A stretch of DNA of 63,940 nt, counting the filler, from Octopus bimaculoides (lineage: Eukaryota), in NCBI RefSeq assembly GCF_001194135.2. It is 5 parts of 5 records of this genome, joined end to end, with 100 filler letters (N's around TTAATTAATTAA, not from the genome) between each part and the next. Parts side by side here need not be neighbours in the genome. Positions count along the whole stretch, not along the records: positions 23,019 to 53,896 come from NC_068981.1; 4 more parts are not named here. One strand, given 5' to 3'. This document shows, piece by piece, positions 37,064 through 51,116 of this stretch. A model generated the notes under the pieces. The model saw only the letters and a list, made by a program, of their open reading frames with translations. It was not told the DNA's origin and did not search any database. Numbering within the stretch: the first letter of the stretch is position 1; each line of letters opens with the position of its first letter. Made by a program: the position numbers and the translations under genes.

Positions 37064-40000
37064 GTATGTAGAAACATATTTTTAAAATTCCCAACAATAC
37101 TCTCCCGCCACCTCTCATCGCTACCCTGATACAAAAATGTGTCTGAAACAAAACCAAAACACGCACGCACGCTAAAGATGCATTGTTTATATTATCATAT
37201 TTGCCTTGTGTTGAATGTAAAATTTTGTTTTTGTGTTACATGAATACAATGCTTTGATGAAGGAATATACCAGTAGCAATACTTGTAACCTTTGAATTGA
37301 TTAAATGATTCTTTCTTTGAATGTAAATTTTGTGGAATTTGGAACATGTGATAAGATTTGGCTGATAAAACTGCAGGGAAAAATTATGATGTGTATTTGA
37401 TTGCCTGGGAAATTACAGAAGTTAAACTGAAACTAAATGAACATTATAGGGAGTATAGTATGTGGTTATTTGCTGTTGGTCTATCTTAATTTGGAGATAG
37501 ACCAAATATATATAAGCACTTAAGATAGACCGCATGAGAGTTAAAGTGTTACAAATCTATTCAGCTTTGAATAGGGAAAGAATCTTACAATAATCATTAT
37601 ATGACAATCACTACTGATCAGTGTTATTACTAAAAGACTCTACACTGTCTTCTGAGCTACCATAGAAAGCGGCTAAACCACCCTCAAATCACACCCTATT
37701 GTCTTAAAGAAGAATGGTTTTGGTAATTTGGTCTTGGATGCACTGTATTTGATTAAAAGATGTGATGGTCACAACTAGAAGGCTTTTGATCATACACTTG
37801 GGACTAAACAACAATAACATTATCATTATTACTGTGATATTTGGTTTTTTCTTTGTGCTAATGTAGGTTAAATGGGTCTGCAATTTCTTAACTTCCAGTG
37901 CATCTTGATCCTATGTTACCTCACTTGTGAGAACCATGTGTATTCTTTATTGTATATGTCCTTTCCCATCACCTCATACATGGCCATTGCTAAGTGGGGG
38001 ATGTACTGCAGGGCACTGTCCCCACTCTATTCAATGGTGCACCCTCAGATTTTCAGTGATTCACTTATTTCAAAACTCCACTTCAGCATTATTACAAATT
38101 AGTGCCCACTCAGAATATTCTGAAACACCCCAACATGCTAAAGTCTGGCAACAGGGCCTGATTTCATAGTACCACTTCACTCATAGTACCTCTTCTACCA
38201 TTATTGTAGTAACTCATTCATTCATTGGCCCAAACATATATTTATATCCTTCTTAACTCTACTCAAACGTGGAGTGTGTAATATATATTCTTCAAGTACA
38301 TAATAAATTGTAGCAAGTATAATTCAACATTTGTAGCAGAACTTTAATTCTAACTTTTGCCCCCATCCTTGTATCAATAAAATGCATATCATCTAACTTC
38401 TACCATTTAAACTGGCCCTATCTGGCAAAAATATTCTACCTGTTTTATGTTTGAACTGGCCAGATCCAGTCTCTTGCACAAGTCTTACAATGTCATTCTA
38501 AGCCATAAAATAATGCATGATTAACTGAAAACAATGTGAACAGATATAAGCATTACGTTTGACAGAGTAATCTGAATTCTAAAGGGTTAATGTTTTGCAT
38601 GTTAAGTCTGTGAGTTACCATGAATTATTTGATTAGTTATTCCTGAATTATGAATTTTCTTCATTAGAATTTATTAGGGTTAAGAAACATTACTTCTAAA
38701 AAGAAGTATGTGTGCATTTGGGAATTAAAAAAAAAAAAATCCTTGTAATGTAGCAAAGATTACATCTAGGAAGCAATGCAAAGTTATGGCAAAGTTGGCT
38801 TTGAAGAAGAGAGAAAAGTTCTTGTTCGTAGATTAGATAAAGATTGAAGAATTATTTTCTGTTACATTACTGTAGTTAGTATATAAACTTGCACAGCATT
38901 GAACTTGTTTGTTGATCTAAATACCAAAGACTTTGTAATTTTAAGAAGAAGGCTGTATGGAGACTTAGTTTATTACTGAAGGGATGGACTGTCAACTGTT
39001 TAATATTTTGTTCTTGGTAAAAACAGAACACTAAACTAGAGAATATTATAACTTTTTCTAATCTAGACCATGATGTTCCAAAACGTAACACTTTATTTAT
39101 AGCATAACTTTTAGGGTTATTCTACATCTGCTGTTATCAGGTGTATTAGCATTAATCATGTCATTAACATCTGTGCCTGTCTGCTGTTTGATAAGGAGAC
39201 TAGGGCACTGATTGTGGGAGATCTGTTGAGATTAAGGAAAAATAAAGGTAGCATGATTTGTTGGGTATTACAAGTCCAATAAATCATGTTTCTGACATTG
39301 TTGGAAGACACTAGCTGAATATTGAAGTCATTATGTACCTGCATGTAGGAAAGGTGACTGTGGTAGTATGGTCATATGATGGCTGAGTTAAGAAATGTGT
39401 GTTCATGGAAGGTCCTTCAGGCAGAGAAAGATTGAAGAAGACATGAGATGAGGTGGTTAGTTGTTAAGATTTCAGGTCAGGCTTCTGTGAAGAGAGAACA
39501 AGTAGCAGTAGTATCTATGGTAGACCTATCCTACTTTACCAGCATGAAGAATGAATGTTATTGATAATGTATATTTTTACTCTCCCAAGATTTGTTTTTA
39601 GTGTTTATGATCAATATTTGTGGTTGTTTTTAAATTCTCTGTTATCAATGTCTTTTGATATTAAATTTCATATCTCTTTAAGAAAAGTTTGCTTATGTCA
39701 TTAAATGGTATCAAAATGTCATAATCTACAGGCATGTTGAAGCATTACTGAAGATTTATCAAATAGTTTATCTTGGGGTAGACATCATACTAGAGCTCAT
39801 CATTCTTCATGCTATACCTATGAGAAGTTGTACCATTGAGCTTAGTATTGTAAGCAGATAAAATACCTGTCAGTTAAATAGTGTCAATACTGATGATCTT
39901 GTTTAACTCCAGGCCAGTCCAGATCAAACAGATCTATGACCAAAGATGTAGCCATAGTCATTTCATCATTTCATTGTAACTATGTAGAGGCTTCCTTATT

Positions 40001-41129
40001 CATGTGACTGTGCATTCCTTATAGACTGGGACAAAAGATGGATATGGGTTGATAATTTCTCATCCAGCCCATGCCAGCATAGAAAGCAGATGTAAAATAA
40101 TGATGATGAATTCTTTAACTGGTAGGTCAACACCTTCTAGATCCAGCCTACTACATCTGTCTTGGTATGTCATTATAGAGAGATTAAAGTGAGACCTAGT
40201 TATCTCAGTCTTCTTTTTGGGATGCTGCCATCTTTTTACAGCACTTTTATGTTTAGGAGATGATACCATATTGCTATTAATATTTATCAATTCAGTCATC
40301 TATTAATTGACTCTTTCACTTCAGTAAGGCCTCATATGTTTGAAAAAACCTTTTGTTTTTATTATCCAGAATATAAAGAATATATTGTAATTGTAAGTGT
40401 CGACTGTCCAAGAACCATATTTGATTTAATTAATTCTAGAATACATTTCTTGCTCATATTTTTATGAAAATATACTAAAGGATATATGTTCAGAACATTT
40501 TTCATCTTGATGTAGATAGACCTATCCAAAAGAAGGCTGTCTGACTGATTGACAAAAATTCACTCACCAACATTCTACAATACCTGGCTGACATATATGT
40601 TCTGATAGATCTCTCTGCCCATTCTGTTACTACTACATTGACCTCTGTTCCCCTGAGCTAGCTAGTTGTATACCATCTTCTCTCAGCTCACTCATTTCAT
40701 CTCCTTCCATGTCTTTCTCTCCTCTTTGCACCACCCTTACTATGTCTCAAATTTGCTAAACCTTGCACTCATTGTTTCCCAGATTTTCATTGCTTTTTGC
40801 AATTGTTAATCTAAAGGTGTTCAGGGTGACTGGAAACCATGTTGATCTTATCAGTCTCAGAAGGCCGAAAAAGATTGTAGATGGCGCCTTCTCTCCACCA
40901 GACTAAAATATGAAAGGAAATTTCCCCAAGTTCTTGCAACTCACTAGTAGTGTCTGAAAAAAATACTTTTGCATTCACTATCCTGGACATTTCCCATTTA
41001 ATCACACTGTTCTGTTAGAAGTAATATAACTTGTACCTTAACACAGAAAATACTAAACTTACAAAAAGGCTGTGAAATGTCAGAGTTATTAGAGCACTGG
41101 ATAGATTGTTTTGTAGTATTTATTCCAGC

Positions 41130-41505
41130 GTGGAGGCGCAATGGTCCAGTGGTTAGGGCAGCGGACTCGCAGTCATAGGATCGCAGTTTCGATTCCCAGA
41201 CTGGGCGTTGTGAGTGTTTATTGAGCGAAAACACCTAAAGCTCCACGAGGCTCCGGCAGGGGATGTTGGCGAACCCTGCTGTACTCTTCCACCACAACTT
41301 TCACTCACTCTTACTTCCTGTTTCTGTTGTGCCTGTAATTCAAAGGGTCATCCTTGTCATGCTGAATATCCCCGAGAACTACATTAAGGGTACACGTGTC
41401 TGTGGAGTGCTCAGCCACTTGCACATTAATTTCACGAGCAGGCTGTTCCGTTGATCAACTGGAACCCTCGACGTCGTAAGCGATGGAGTGCCAACAAAAA
41501 TTTTA
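41130..41505 (+). mobile_element. SINE family A, full length with 12-bp TSD
   Basis: GTGGAGGCGCAATGG head to GTGCCAACAAAAA tail; TSD ATTTATTCCAGC at 41118-41129 and 41506-41517. Confidence 0.92.
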
Positions 41506-42282
41506 ATTTATTCCAGCACTGTGAACTGTGTTCAAGTCTCAGCTTTGCCTTTTATCTTTTTGGGGTGGATAAAAAATAGACACCAACCCATTTGGATGGA
41601 TTGGTTGGATCTTAGAGAGTCAGGCAAGATGCCTTGTATCTGTTCTGGCTTTGTGTTCTGTCAGCAATGCCTGCAAATGGCACTGGTGCTAAGCCGTATT
41701 AACCCGAATTGGTGGCTTTCTCTTGGATAAGCATTGGTGGTTTGGAGTGAAGAGACTTGCACACTTCTACAAAATATCTTGCATAAGCCAGCTCATGCTT
41801 GTGTTGATGCAAGGTTGACATTGGTCGACAGGTGCCTTACTCAAGCTAATTTACATATTAGTCATAAATCAGCAGTTTGACACTGTCATTGTGCTAAACA
41901 TCATCATTATCATTCCTCAGCGGAATTTGAACTCAGAACGTACAGACAGATAAAATGCTACTAAGTATTTTGCTCAGCACACTAATGATTCTGCCTGCTT
42001 GCTGCCTTACATTTTGGTCTGAAAATTGGTTATTCTTGTTAATGTTATTTTCACTCTATTTCTTTTAATACTGAATTTTGGTTTGCATAACATAGGCAAA
42101 ACTTTGAGAAGAGAAATGTGCTTATTATTTCATAACAAACAGCATTTTGTCTATAGAGATATGGGATATTCGTTATATACCGTTATATACTGTTGTCTGT
42201 TCACTTTATTTAAGCTGCAGATAAATAAATAAATATATAAATAGGTAAATAAAAATAGATAATAATAATAATAATGATGATG

Positions 42283-42488
42283 GTTCTTTCTACTATATGC
42301 AGAAGGCCTGAAATTGTTGGGGAGGGGACCAATTGATTACATCGACTCCAATGCTCAACTGGTACTTATTTTCTCAACCCCAAAAGGATGAAAGGCAAAG
42401 TTGACCTTGGCAGAATTTGAACTCAGTACTTAAAGCTGGAAGAAATGCTGCTAAGTTTGCTAACAATTCTGCCAGCTCACTGCCTTAA
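42283..42488 (-). mobile_element. SINE family C
   Basis: Reverse complement of the 8892-9107 element. Confidence 0.8.
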
Positions 42489-43044
42489 CAATGGTGTTGA
42501 TGATGATGATAATATGATAAATAAGATATAATAAAAACAAAAATACAAATATATATAAAAAATGAAAATAATAATAATCATAATCAATATAATCCCTCTT
42601 AAGCTACTTATTGGATTTTGAAATACCACTCTAATCTTGAATTATAATTGGCAAAATAGTAGCATTTGTATCATGGTTGATTTTGTTTTGAAGTACATGA
42701 GGCACGTAAGTGTTTTATGTAGGTATGGATGAACAAATGGTTGAGGTAGGATTCTACTCCCTGTTTTAAATATCCTTTTTCTTTTTTTTTTTATATCAAA
42801 TAGTTAATATGGAATTTTTGAATAGTTATAACTATTTACTCAAATATTATCTCAGAATTTTTGATGAATTAATTATCTGAGTTTTTGACCTTTAGGGTTT
42901 TATACTTGTGTATATATTTGATGGACACTTGGCATTTTAGTTGCAAGTTAAATGGTCATTTACTTTTATAACCTTGGATTCTTTCTTCTCATTTATTGGT
43001 GGGGAAATATATAACTAAGTTAGAAGTCTCCATTGTTACATCCA

Positions 43045-43245
43045 CCAAAGGCAGAACTGTTAGCATGCTTGACAAAATGCTTTGTGGCATTTCATCCATC
43101 TTTACATTCTGAGTTTTCCCAAGGTCAGCTTTGCCTTTTTCCTTTTTGGGGTCAATGAAATGAGTACCAGTTGTGCACTGGTTTTGATCTAATTGACTAG
43201 CCTGCTCCCCTAAAATATTTCAGGCCTTGAGCCTTTAGTAGGAAG
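43045..43245 (+). mobile_element. SINE family C (diverged)
   Basis: GGCAGAACTGTTAGC...CAAGGTCAGCTTTGCCTTT...GGGGTCAATGAAATGAGTACCAG...GGCCTTGAGCC. Confidence 0.75.
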
Positions 43246-43432
43246 GATTATTACACCCAACACAACCAACTCCATAAACAATGGCTGGAATGTCTTTGGT
43301 CATAAGTCCAGTGCATTGTTTCATAAAAGGACTTTTGAGGAATAGCAAGATCTCATGAAAAATTTCTGGGGCACCATGAAATATGATGTTCTTTAACTCT
43401 TTACCGTTTAGGTTACTCTTGTCAAGTGTATT

Positions 43433-43832
43433 ACTTATTCTTTTACTTGTTTTAGTCATTTGACTGTGGCCGTGCTGGAGCACCACCTTAAGGGGTTTTA
43501 TTCAAAGAAATAGAACCCAGGACTTACTCTTTCTAAGCCTAGTACTTATTCTATCGATCCCTTTTACTGAACTGCTAAGTTAGAGGGATGTAAACACACC
43601 AACATTGGTTGTCAAGTGATGATGGGTGGGGGTGGGGACAAACACAAACACAAGTATATTCATCTATATGATATACTTCTTTCAGTTTCTGCCTACCAAA
43701 TCCACTCACAAGACTTTGGTTGGCTCAAGGCTATAGTAGAAGACACTTCCTCTAGGTGCCATGCTGTGGGACTGAACCCAGAATCATGTAGTTGGGAAGC
43801 AAGCTTCTTACCACACAGCCATGCCTGTGCCT
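43433..43832 (-). mobile_element. SINE family B, full length
   Basis: Collinear with 49240-49644. Confidence 0.85.
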
Positions 43833-44854
43833 ATATTTATTCACATTATTTTGAATTAATCATGTATTATCTTATGGCTTCAAAATTTTGATGATGTGAC
43901 TGTTTATTTTTAGAATGACATTGTAGGGTAAGTGTGAGAGACTGATCTGGACTGTTTGAGCATAAAGCAGGTAGAATATTTGGGCCAGATATGGCTGGTT
44001 TAAATACTGAAGGGTTAATGAAATTTAATAAGAATATACTTTATGAAATAAACACCATTCACCATTTTGAAAATAATAGATTATTATATACAAGGCCGGC
44101 CCTTCCGAATTACAGGTACAACTCACTTTTTCCAGCTGAGTAGACTGAAGGAGTACCATGTAACAATGTACTGTTGGTTTTTGAACTCACGATTGTGAGC
44201 TGAATACCATAATCTCTAAGCCACATGCCAGTAGATACCAGCTGACAATTGTATAATCTCCTATTGTTACACGAACATACACAGATAATGATGTATGCAC
44301 ATACACACTTAAACACAGTCACATATTTGTTACATACACATACACACAGTCGATTCGTTTTATACATACACACATGCATACATATATAAGCACACACACA
44401 TATGCACAGATATCAGTCTTATATTGTTACACAAACATACACAAATAACAACTGACACACACAGATATCAACAGACATTGCACATGCAGTCTGTCTGTTA
44501 AACATACAGATACCAACATATACATTCAGTTATTGTTTCACACACACATACACACACAGGGATACCAGGAGACAATCAGCGTCATATTGTTCATTTATTT
44601 TTTATTTATTGGAATGCTAAAATCTTTGTAGGGCTATTTGAAGGAGGCGGAGGGTGTAGTGACTATAGCAGACTGACATGTCAGTTTTACCAAACCAATT
44701 TTATTAATATAGATATATTTTTTATATGAATGAACTCTCCCGCTAAAACAAGTTTTATTTCATTTAATGTTTTATTAAGATTAGGTTGGTGGTGGATGAA
44801 AGTTGTCCATAATATATTGGTATATGTCTTTCATGACTTTTAGAAAATCATATA

Positions 44855-44915
44855 AGGCACAGGTGTAGCTGTGTAGTAAGAAGCTAGCTGGTAGATGGAA
44901 ACTGAAAGAAGCCTG

Positions 44916-44958
<43 letters not shown>

Positions 44959-45410
44959 GTAAGGATAAAATCTTTATAAGAATTTATGTATTTATAGATC
45001 TCTACCAAAAATTTCGTAAAAATNNNNNNNNNNNNNNNNNNNNNNNNNNNNNNNNNNNNNNNNNNNNNNNNNNNNNNNNNNNNNNNNNNNNNNNNNNNNN
45101 NNNNNNNNNNNNNNNNNNNNNNNNNNNNNNNNNNNNNNNNNNNNNNNNNNNNNNNNNNATATATATGTGTGTGTGTGTGTGTGTGTAATTGTTTCTGTAT
45201 TTGTCCCTCACCATCACTTGACAACAAGTGTTGGTATATTTATGTCCCTGTAACTTAGCAGTTCAGCAAAAGGAATTAATAGAATAAGTACCAGGCTTAA
45301 AGAAAAATAAGTTCTGTGGTCGATTCATTCAACTAAAAATTCTTCAAGGTGGTGCCCCAGCATGGCCACAGTCTAATGACTGAAACAAGTAAAAGGTGAA
45401 AGATAAAAGA
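44855..45410 (+). mobile_element. SINE family B (interrupted by a gap)
   Basis: Head AGGCACAGGTGTAGCTGTG, tail CCCCAGCATGGCCACAGTCTAATGACTGAAACAAGTAAAAG. Confidence 0.8.
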
Positions 45411-46020
45411 ATGAATTTTGTATCAAAGTAAGTTTGAGAACTGCTGGTCAAGTGGATTCTGAGTTGAGCTGGAGCTAAACAACCTCAATTCTCAATATAT
45501 TTATCTTCAGATATTTTCCCATATGTTTCATATTTCAGGAGACTATCATGAAGATATTTAAGGAAATTTTGGCGTATATGTGAAGTAGTTTGATTGACTA
45601 CACTGAAGTTCTTGTGTTAGCTTTTATGGTAGTATGCATAAGGTCCTATGAAAGATGGAATATATGAATTGCCAAATGAGGAAGGTGTTTTATTGGTGTT
45701 TAGCTCTTAATCAAGCAAACCCTTGATCAGAGGTATCTATTAATCAAAGATCCATTGGCGTCATCTTGACATTTTTTTTTTCCAGACAGTGTATTTCCAG
45801 GCTATAATATACCGTTCACTTTTAAGATATTTGAATGTTGTTTAGTTGCTGTTTCCAGTAGGCTGAGTGAGCACTAAGAAGCTCCTTTGTTGCCTCATTA
45901 GACAAAGATTAATGACTTGGAGGCATATGGTATTTCGTTATGCAACCATTACATGCTACAAAGTATATTAAACATTTTTATAAGTCAATACCGTGTACTA
46001 CTGTGTTAGCAGTGCTCTTA

Positions 46021-46171
46021 AATCATGTGTTAAGATCATCTCTACAGATTTTCTGAAGAAATTACAGCCAGCACTGATTTTATTATGCCTTGGATACAAA
46101 ACATCATAACAAAATCAGTGCTAGCTCTAATTTCTATAGAAAATTTGTAGAGATGACCTTAACACGTGATT
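46021..46171. repeat. 151-bp foldback: 61-bp inverted arms with a 29-bp spacer
   Basis: 46021-46081 vs reverse complement of 46111-46171: 54/61 identical. Confidence 0.88.
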
Positions 46172-48419
46172 AGGCAAAGAGGTTTACACTAAATGTTCAG
46201 TTGATTACATCACTGTCATGAGACAATGAGGACAGAAATAATCAGTTATCTCACATAACATCTGTCTCTCTTTGTAGATATTAACTGTGTGAGTTCTTTA
46301 CAATAGTGTATCTTCTTTTCATTCTGCTACAGTGCTCTTTTCTTTTATTTAAAAACTAACATATTTTAGTACCTGATGTAAATACGTTATGCCAGGTCTT
46401 TCTTGGAATACATCTGTTTCAAGTATTCTCAATTACTGTTTTACCGATTCAAATAACATTTTCAGCCAGATTGTGATCCGTGAAGCAATGAGAAAACTTT
46501 TAAATATTTGCTTTTTATGCTCAGTGCAGCTGTTAAATGAGCAACAGTCTCAACATGGTCACTTAACCTGCAGCCAAATTCTCTCAACACATACCTTGTT
46601 TCCTTAAAAAAGGGAAGGACATGTGTGACAAATTAGGAAGTACATGCAACAGTATCTAAGAAAGCATAATAAAGTTGATGGTCATTTCTGGAATATCTTT
46701 TGATCATAGGTTTGTCCTTTCAAGGTTGATCTTCATAGAGCAGACCTATGCAAATTACATACACATGTATCATTTAATGGCGAAGATTCAGTTGTTTAAT
46801 CAACTGAATGATTTGTTCCTGAGTAAACATGTAAGAGGCTGAGCATTCCTTTGAAACGTGTATCCGTAACATAATTCTCAGGCAAGGTTAGCATCGCACA
46901 GTGTGTATGACAAGGCTTTTGAGGTGCTTAGCATAATCTACTCTGTTGCAAGCATTCAGTGTTACAGTATTACAGACACAATCCACCTAGCAAGTTTCCA
47001 TATAGTTTCTGTGTACCCAATTCCACTCAACATATGGGCTAACTCAAGGCTTAAGAAAATATTTGTTCAAGGTGCTATGTACTCAGATTGAACCTAGGAC
47101 CTCATGGTTGTGAAACGAACTTCTTAAACATTCAGTCATACTGATCCTCCTATATATAAATATATATTTTCCCCATCCTCTCTATGTCTCCTACCTCCCT
47201 TTTAATGCCTTCAGCTATCCTTAAGAACAAGGCTCAAAGTATTATAAAAAGCATGATGATTATTTACTCTGAGATTAACATCTCACCAATTTACTATAAT
47301 GACATAGTTTTATGGTATTAATATCTCCCACATCTCTTTTCTGTAGACCTGAGAATGATTTATTATTGCTTTTGTGTTGGTGATGTGTGTCTCTATGCTG
47401 TGTATGTTTTTATTTACATGTTTTCTTTGCACAAAGAAAGGCCTTAAATGTTGTTAGAGAAGAGTGATATGTTCTGACATTCATATCTTGACCCAATACT
47501 ATGAATAATGACTTATGCACCCAGTATGCTTACAATTCAAAAACCTCCATGTTGTCGTTATCAAATTATAATACTTTACATTTTGAGTTCTGATCTCTCC
47601 AGGGTGGACTTTGTATTTCGTTTTTCTGGGGTAATGAAAAAGTATACACTGTCAAATAATTGGGTTAGTCAAATTAGCTACACCCTTTCTCCTAATTTTA
47701 TTTTATTTATTTCAGTTATTTTGGATTTTATAGGGAAGTATGTGACCTGTTGATTTAAGCGCATTTTAATGCATTTTATAATGAAATTCTTGATGTGTAA
47801 TGTTAAAAATTTCTTCCCTAGCTTTTTGCTATGATTTCCGTGATAGATCCAGTCCATTACCTTTTGAAGTGCTTTTAGCATAGTCCACTCTGTTGCAAAC
47901 ATTCAGAATTGGTTTCTAGTCTGAAAATGACATGATATTTTGATGTATTGCTTCTTACTAAAGCAGCACTTGAAAATCTATTTCTTCTCCAACATCAGTT
48001 CAGGAGCTTTGTAAAAGTCAATGGTATTCCCATATTTGCTCACACCATTAAAACAAATGTATTTTTTATCTTGAATAATTATAGAACTTTTCTTGTATGA
48101 TTTTGACCTGCACTGTATATGTTAAATCATCATCTACCACATAAATTCCATTGTCATCCACTGTATGTGTTACATTGACCTATATGTAGTTGAAGGATAG
48201 CTAAAGTAGTCCTCTGTAACCAGCAGAGACAGCTGCTGAGGGATTAAGTCTTTTATCCAATTTTCAGCTGTTGTTTCATATACAAGAGCTGGATATAACT
48301 TAATTTATACCTGATAATTTGTGAATTATTTTATAAATCTCAAAACTGATTATTCGTATTGATTAAAATTGCACATTGAGTTTAGGCAGTCTTTGCAGGA
48401 GAAACTTGAAAAATCACTG

Positions 48420-48745
48420 ACAAAATGGTTTAGAGGATGAAAACATTCCACCAATGTTGTCTGTGCAGAATACTCAAGATCACTTATAGGGACAGAATCA
48501 CAAACTCTGAACTCTGCAGGAGATTGTGGTAGAATCAAGAGGGAGACTTGCAGGTCATGTTTTCTGGCTACCAGGAGAATAAATACCCAAAACAGCTATA
48601 TAGTGGGTACGATCAGAGGGGTGAAGAAAGAGAAACTCAAGAAGTCATGGTGTGCCTCCTTCAAAGAAGGCCTGAAGCAGCTTAGCATCACCTGGAAAGA
48701 TGTAGGCAACTAAACTCAAAACTAGAATTATCGGAGATATCTTGC
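48420..48745 (+). mobile_element. Decayed RTE-like LINE C-terminal fragment
   Basis: FHQCCLCRILKITYRDRITN...RLAGHVFWLP..IPKTAI.W resembles the RTE C-terminal region (RLRWAGHV); stops and frameshifts. Confidence 0.65.
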
Positions 48746-49239
48746 TGCCTAATATACAGATCAACTGTATAGGAGGAACTAAGACCAAGACTCAATTTTC
48801 AGAGACCTGGATGTTGAGGTCATATGCTAAATTAATCATCATCACATGAGTACATTTAGTTGATAAAACAATCGACCAGTTATGATTGACATGTGTGGTT
48901 GAAGACCAACATGCTGGTGTGTTTGGTTAACATGCCTTCAGCAAAAGCTGTTCTAGTTTTGCCTAACTTCTATGTACGTTGTTCTTTCAGACACAAACAA
49001 TTTTATTACATCTCATAATGACAACTACAAAGAATGTAGCACAGGTTTGATGGGCAAAAATACTGACATTATCACTGAGACCTCAACAGCAAAGATGGTA
49101 ATTGATTTTCGTGATGTAGAATCATGCATGCAGTACTGCTCAGTAAACAAGTCCCAAAGTTGGTTATCACTGTAGTTATCAGTACTTCTGGCATCATCAG
49201 TAATAACATAGCTAAAATTCTAAAAAACAAAACAATATC

Positions 49240-49644
49240 TCTTTTACTCTTTTACTTGTTTCAGTCATTTGACTGCGGCCATGCTGGAGCACCACCTTTA
49301 GTTGAGCAAATCGCCCCGGGAACTTATTCTTTGTAGGCCTAGTACTTATTCTATTGGTCTCTTTTGCCGAACCGCTAAGTGACGGGGACATAAACACACC
49401 AGCATCGGTTGTCAAGCAATGCTAGGGGGACAAACACAGACACACAAACACACACACACACATGTATATAGATATATATACGACGGGCTTCTTTCAGTTT
49501 CCCTCTACCAAATCCACTCACAAGGCTTTGGTCGGCCCGAGGCTATAGTAGAAGGCACTTGCCCAAGATGCCACGCAGTGGGACTGAACCCGGAACCATG
49601 TGGTTGGTAAGCAAGCTACTTACCGCACAGCCACTCCTGCGCCT
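49240..49644 (-). mobile_element. SINE family B, full length, little decayed
   Basis: Retains CpGs (GGCCCGAGG, GAACCGC); head AGGCGCAGGAGTGGCTGTGCGGTAAG. Confidence 0.88.
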
Positions 49645-49984
49645 GGAGATTTTCTATTCATGGGATTTGCAAGACTTATCTGGGAACAATGAATTTTTAT
49701 TTATCAGTTTGTGATAATTTTAGGTTGTGTCCTCCACTTGTCATACAAATATCTGAAACGTTATCTTATTGATTATCTACTGATGAGTAATACAATTTAA
49801 AACTAACCTTGGAAGGGTTTTAATCAATAATCAAGAGGGATGAATTTAACTTCTATAAAAAGTATGGCAAAGAGTGATACAGAAAAGAATAAAGGAAGAG
49901 AGAGGGAGGAAGAGAAAGAGAGAGGCAGGGAGAGAGATTTATAAATGTCAACAGGTGATAGGGGAGGATTAATATAAAAGTGAT

Positions 49985-50049
<65 letters not shown>

Positions 50050-50840
50050 GTCTGTGTTTGAATAGAAGCTGTCTCTTGGGCAATTGGGCAAATGCTGACA
50101 TTCAGATCTGTGTTGTCATTGTCAAGTTTACATTGTTTCCAGAGATGAACCGTACTGAGAAGAGAATTATTGTGCAAGAAGCTATACCACAAATAAATTA
50201 ATGGGACTTTTTGCGGTAATAATGAGGATAAGTTGATCCAGTTATTTGTGCATGATGCGTGACGTCTGTGAGGAAAGACATTTTCACAATAAGAGTTGCA
50301 TTTGTTTTCCATATATAGATGTCATCAGCTGTTCTGCTATGCTGAGTAATTAGCAACAATCGATCCATTTGCTTTGTAATTAGTGAGCATTAGCTACTCT
50401 ATATCTGTACACAATTGGTTTGCAATGATTATAAAATTACACTACATATTCAAGTTAGCAAGAATTCTATTGTTACATTGCTTAGCTAGTTAGCAACCAT
50501 TTATTGTCTAGCACTGTATATTTAGCTATCAGCATGAATACTGCATGATTAGTCAGCAACAAATGTTTTTCTAACACTGCATTATCATTGCAAACAAGTC
50601 AGTAACTGCTGTTGTTGAATACATTTGCAACAACAAACAAGTTAGCAACAACTGTTGCAGAGTGCTTGAATTAACTGTAAAGATCTTAATGTAAATAACA
50701 TTTGCGTTAAGGCAGTGAATTGACAGTTGTTAGAGTAGGGTGTTGACAATTATTCTGGTTCTCTGTTGGAAGTTCAAGTCCTGCTTAGGCCAACATTGTT
50801 ATTCATTCTTTCAGGGTCAAAGAATTTCTGCTGAATTTAT

Positions 50841-50973
50841 TTACAGACCTGTAGAATTTGGTCTCTTCACCAAACTGCTACTCTTCCTCCTACTATTCCC
50901 TTCAACACTCAAATATTAAGGATTATCTCATGTACAAGACAAAAGTTGAAACTAAACAACATTTAATAATACC
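50841..50973 (+). repeat. 133-bp dispersed repeat (second copy 56206-56338)
   Basis: TTACAGACC..(T/G)GAATTTG.TCT.TTCACCAA...GATTATCTCA.GTACAAGAC.AAAGT.GAAA.TAAACAACATTTAATAATACC. Confidence 0.75.
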
Positions 50974-50990
50974 TTTTAAGAAGAAATGGA

Positions 50991-50992
<2 letters not shown>

Positions 50993-51024
<32 letters not shown>

Positions 51025-51105
51025 GTAGTATTAGTAGTAGTAGTAGTAGTAGTAATAATAATAATAATGGTGATGATAATAGTAATAATAAGTAATAATA
51101 ATAAC
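50993..51105. repeat. (TAG)n/(TAA)n microsatellite
   Basis: Direct reading. Confidence 0.9.
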
Positions 51106-51116
51106 TGCAAACATAA

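Noticed and set aside
40811-41005. Minus-strand WWREGAIYNLF resembling the GH13/SLC3 N-terminal WW..GxIY motif
   Set aside because: Similarity is limited to about 8 residues, downstream residues do not match, and there is no good donor; TBLASTN or RNA-seq would settle it.
47861-47920. 60-nt AG...GTAATG exon-like segment on the minus strand
   Set aside because: Stops occur in all three frames; no supporting context.
50296-50328. Minus-strand CTGATGA-CAT-CTATAT-ATG-GAAA
   Set aside because: No NUH triplet with stem III, and no stem I; chance match. Same for 54500 (+) and 60345-60361 (-).
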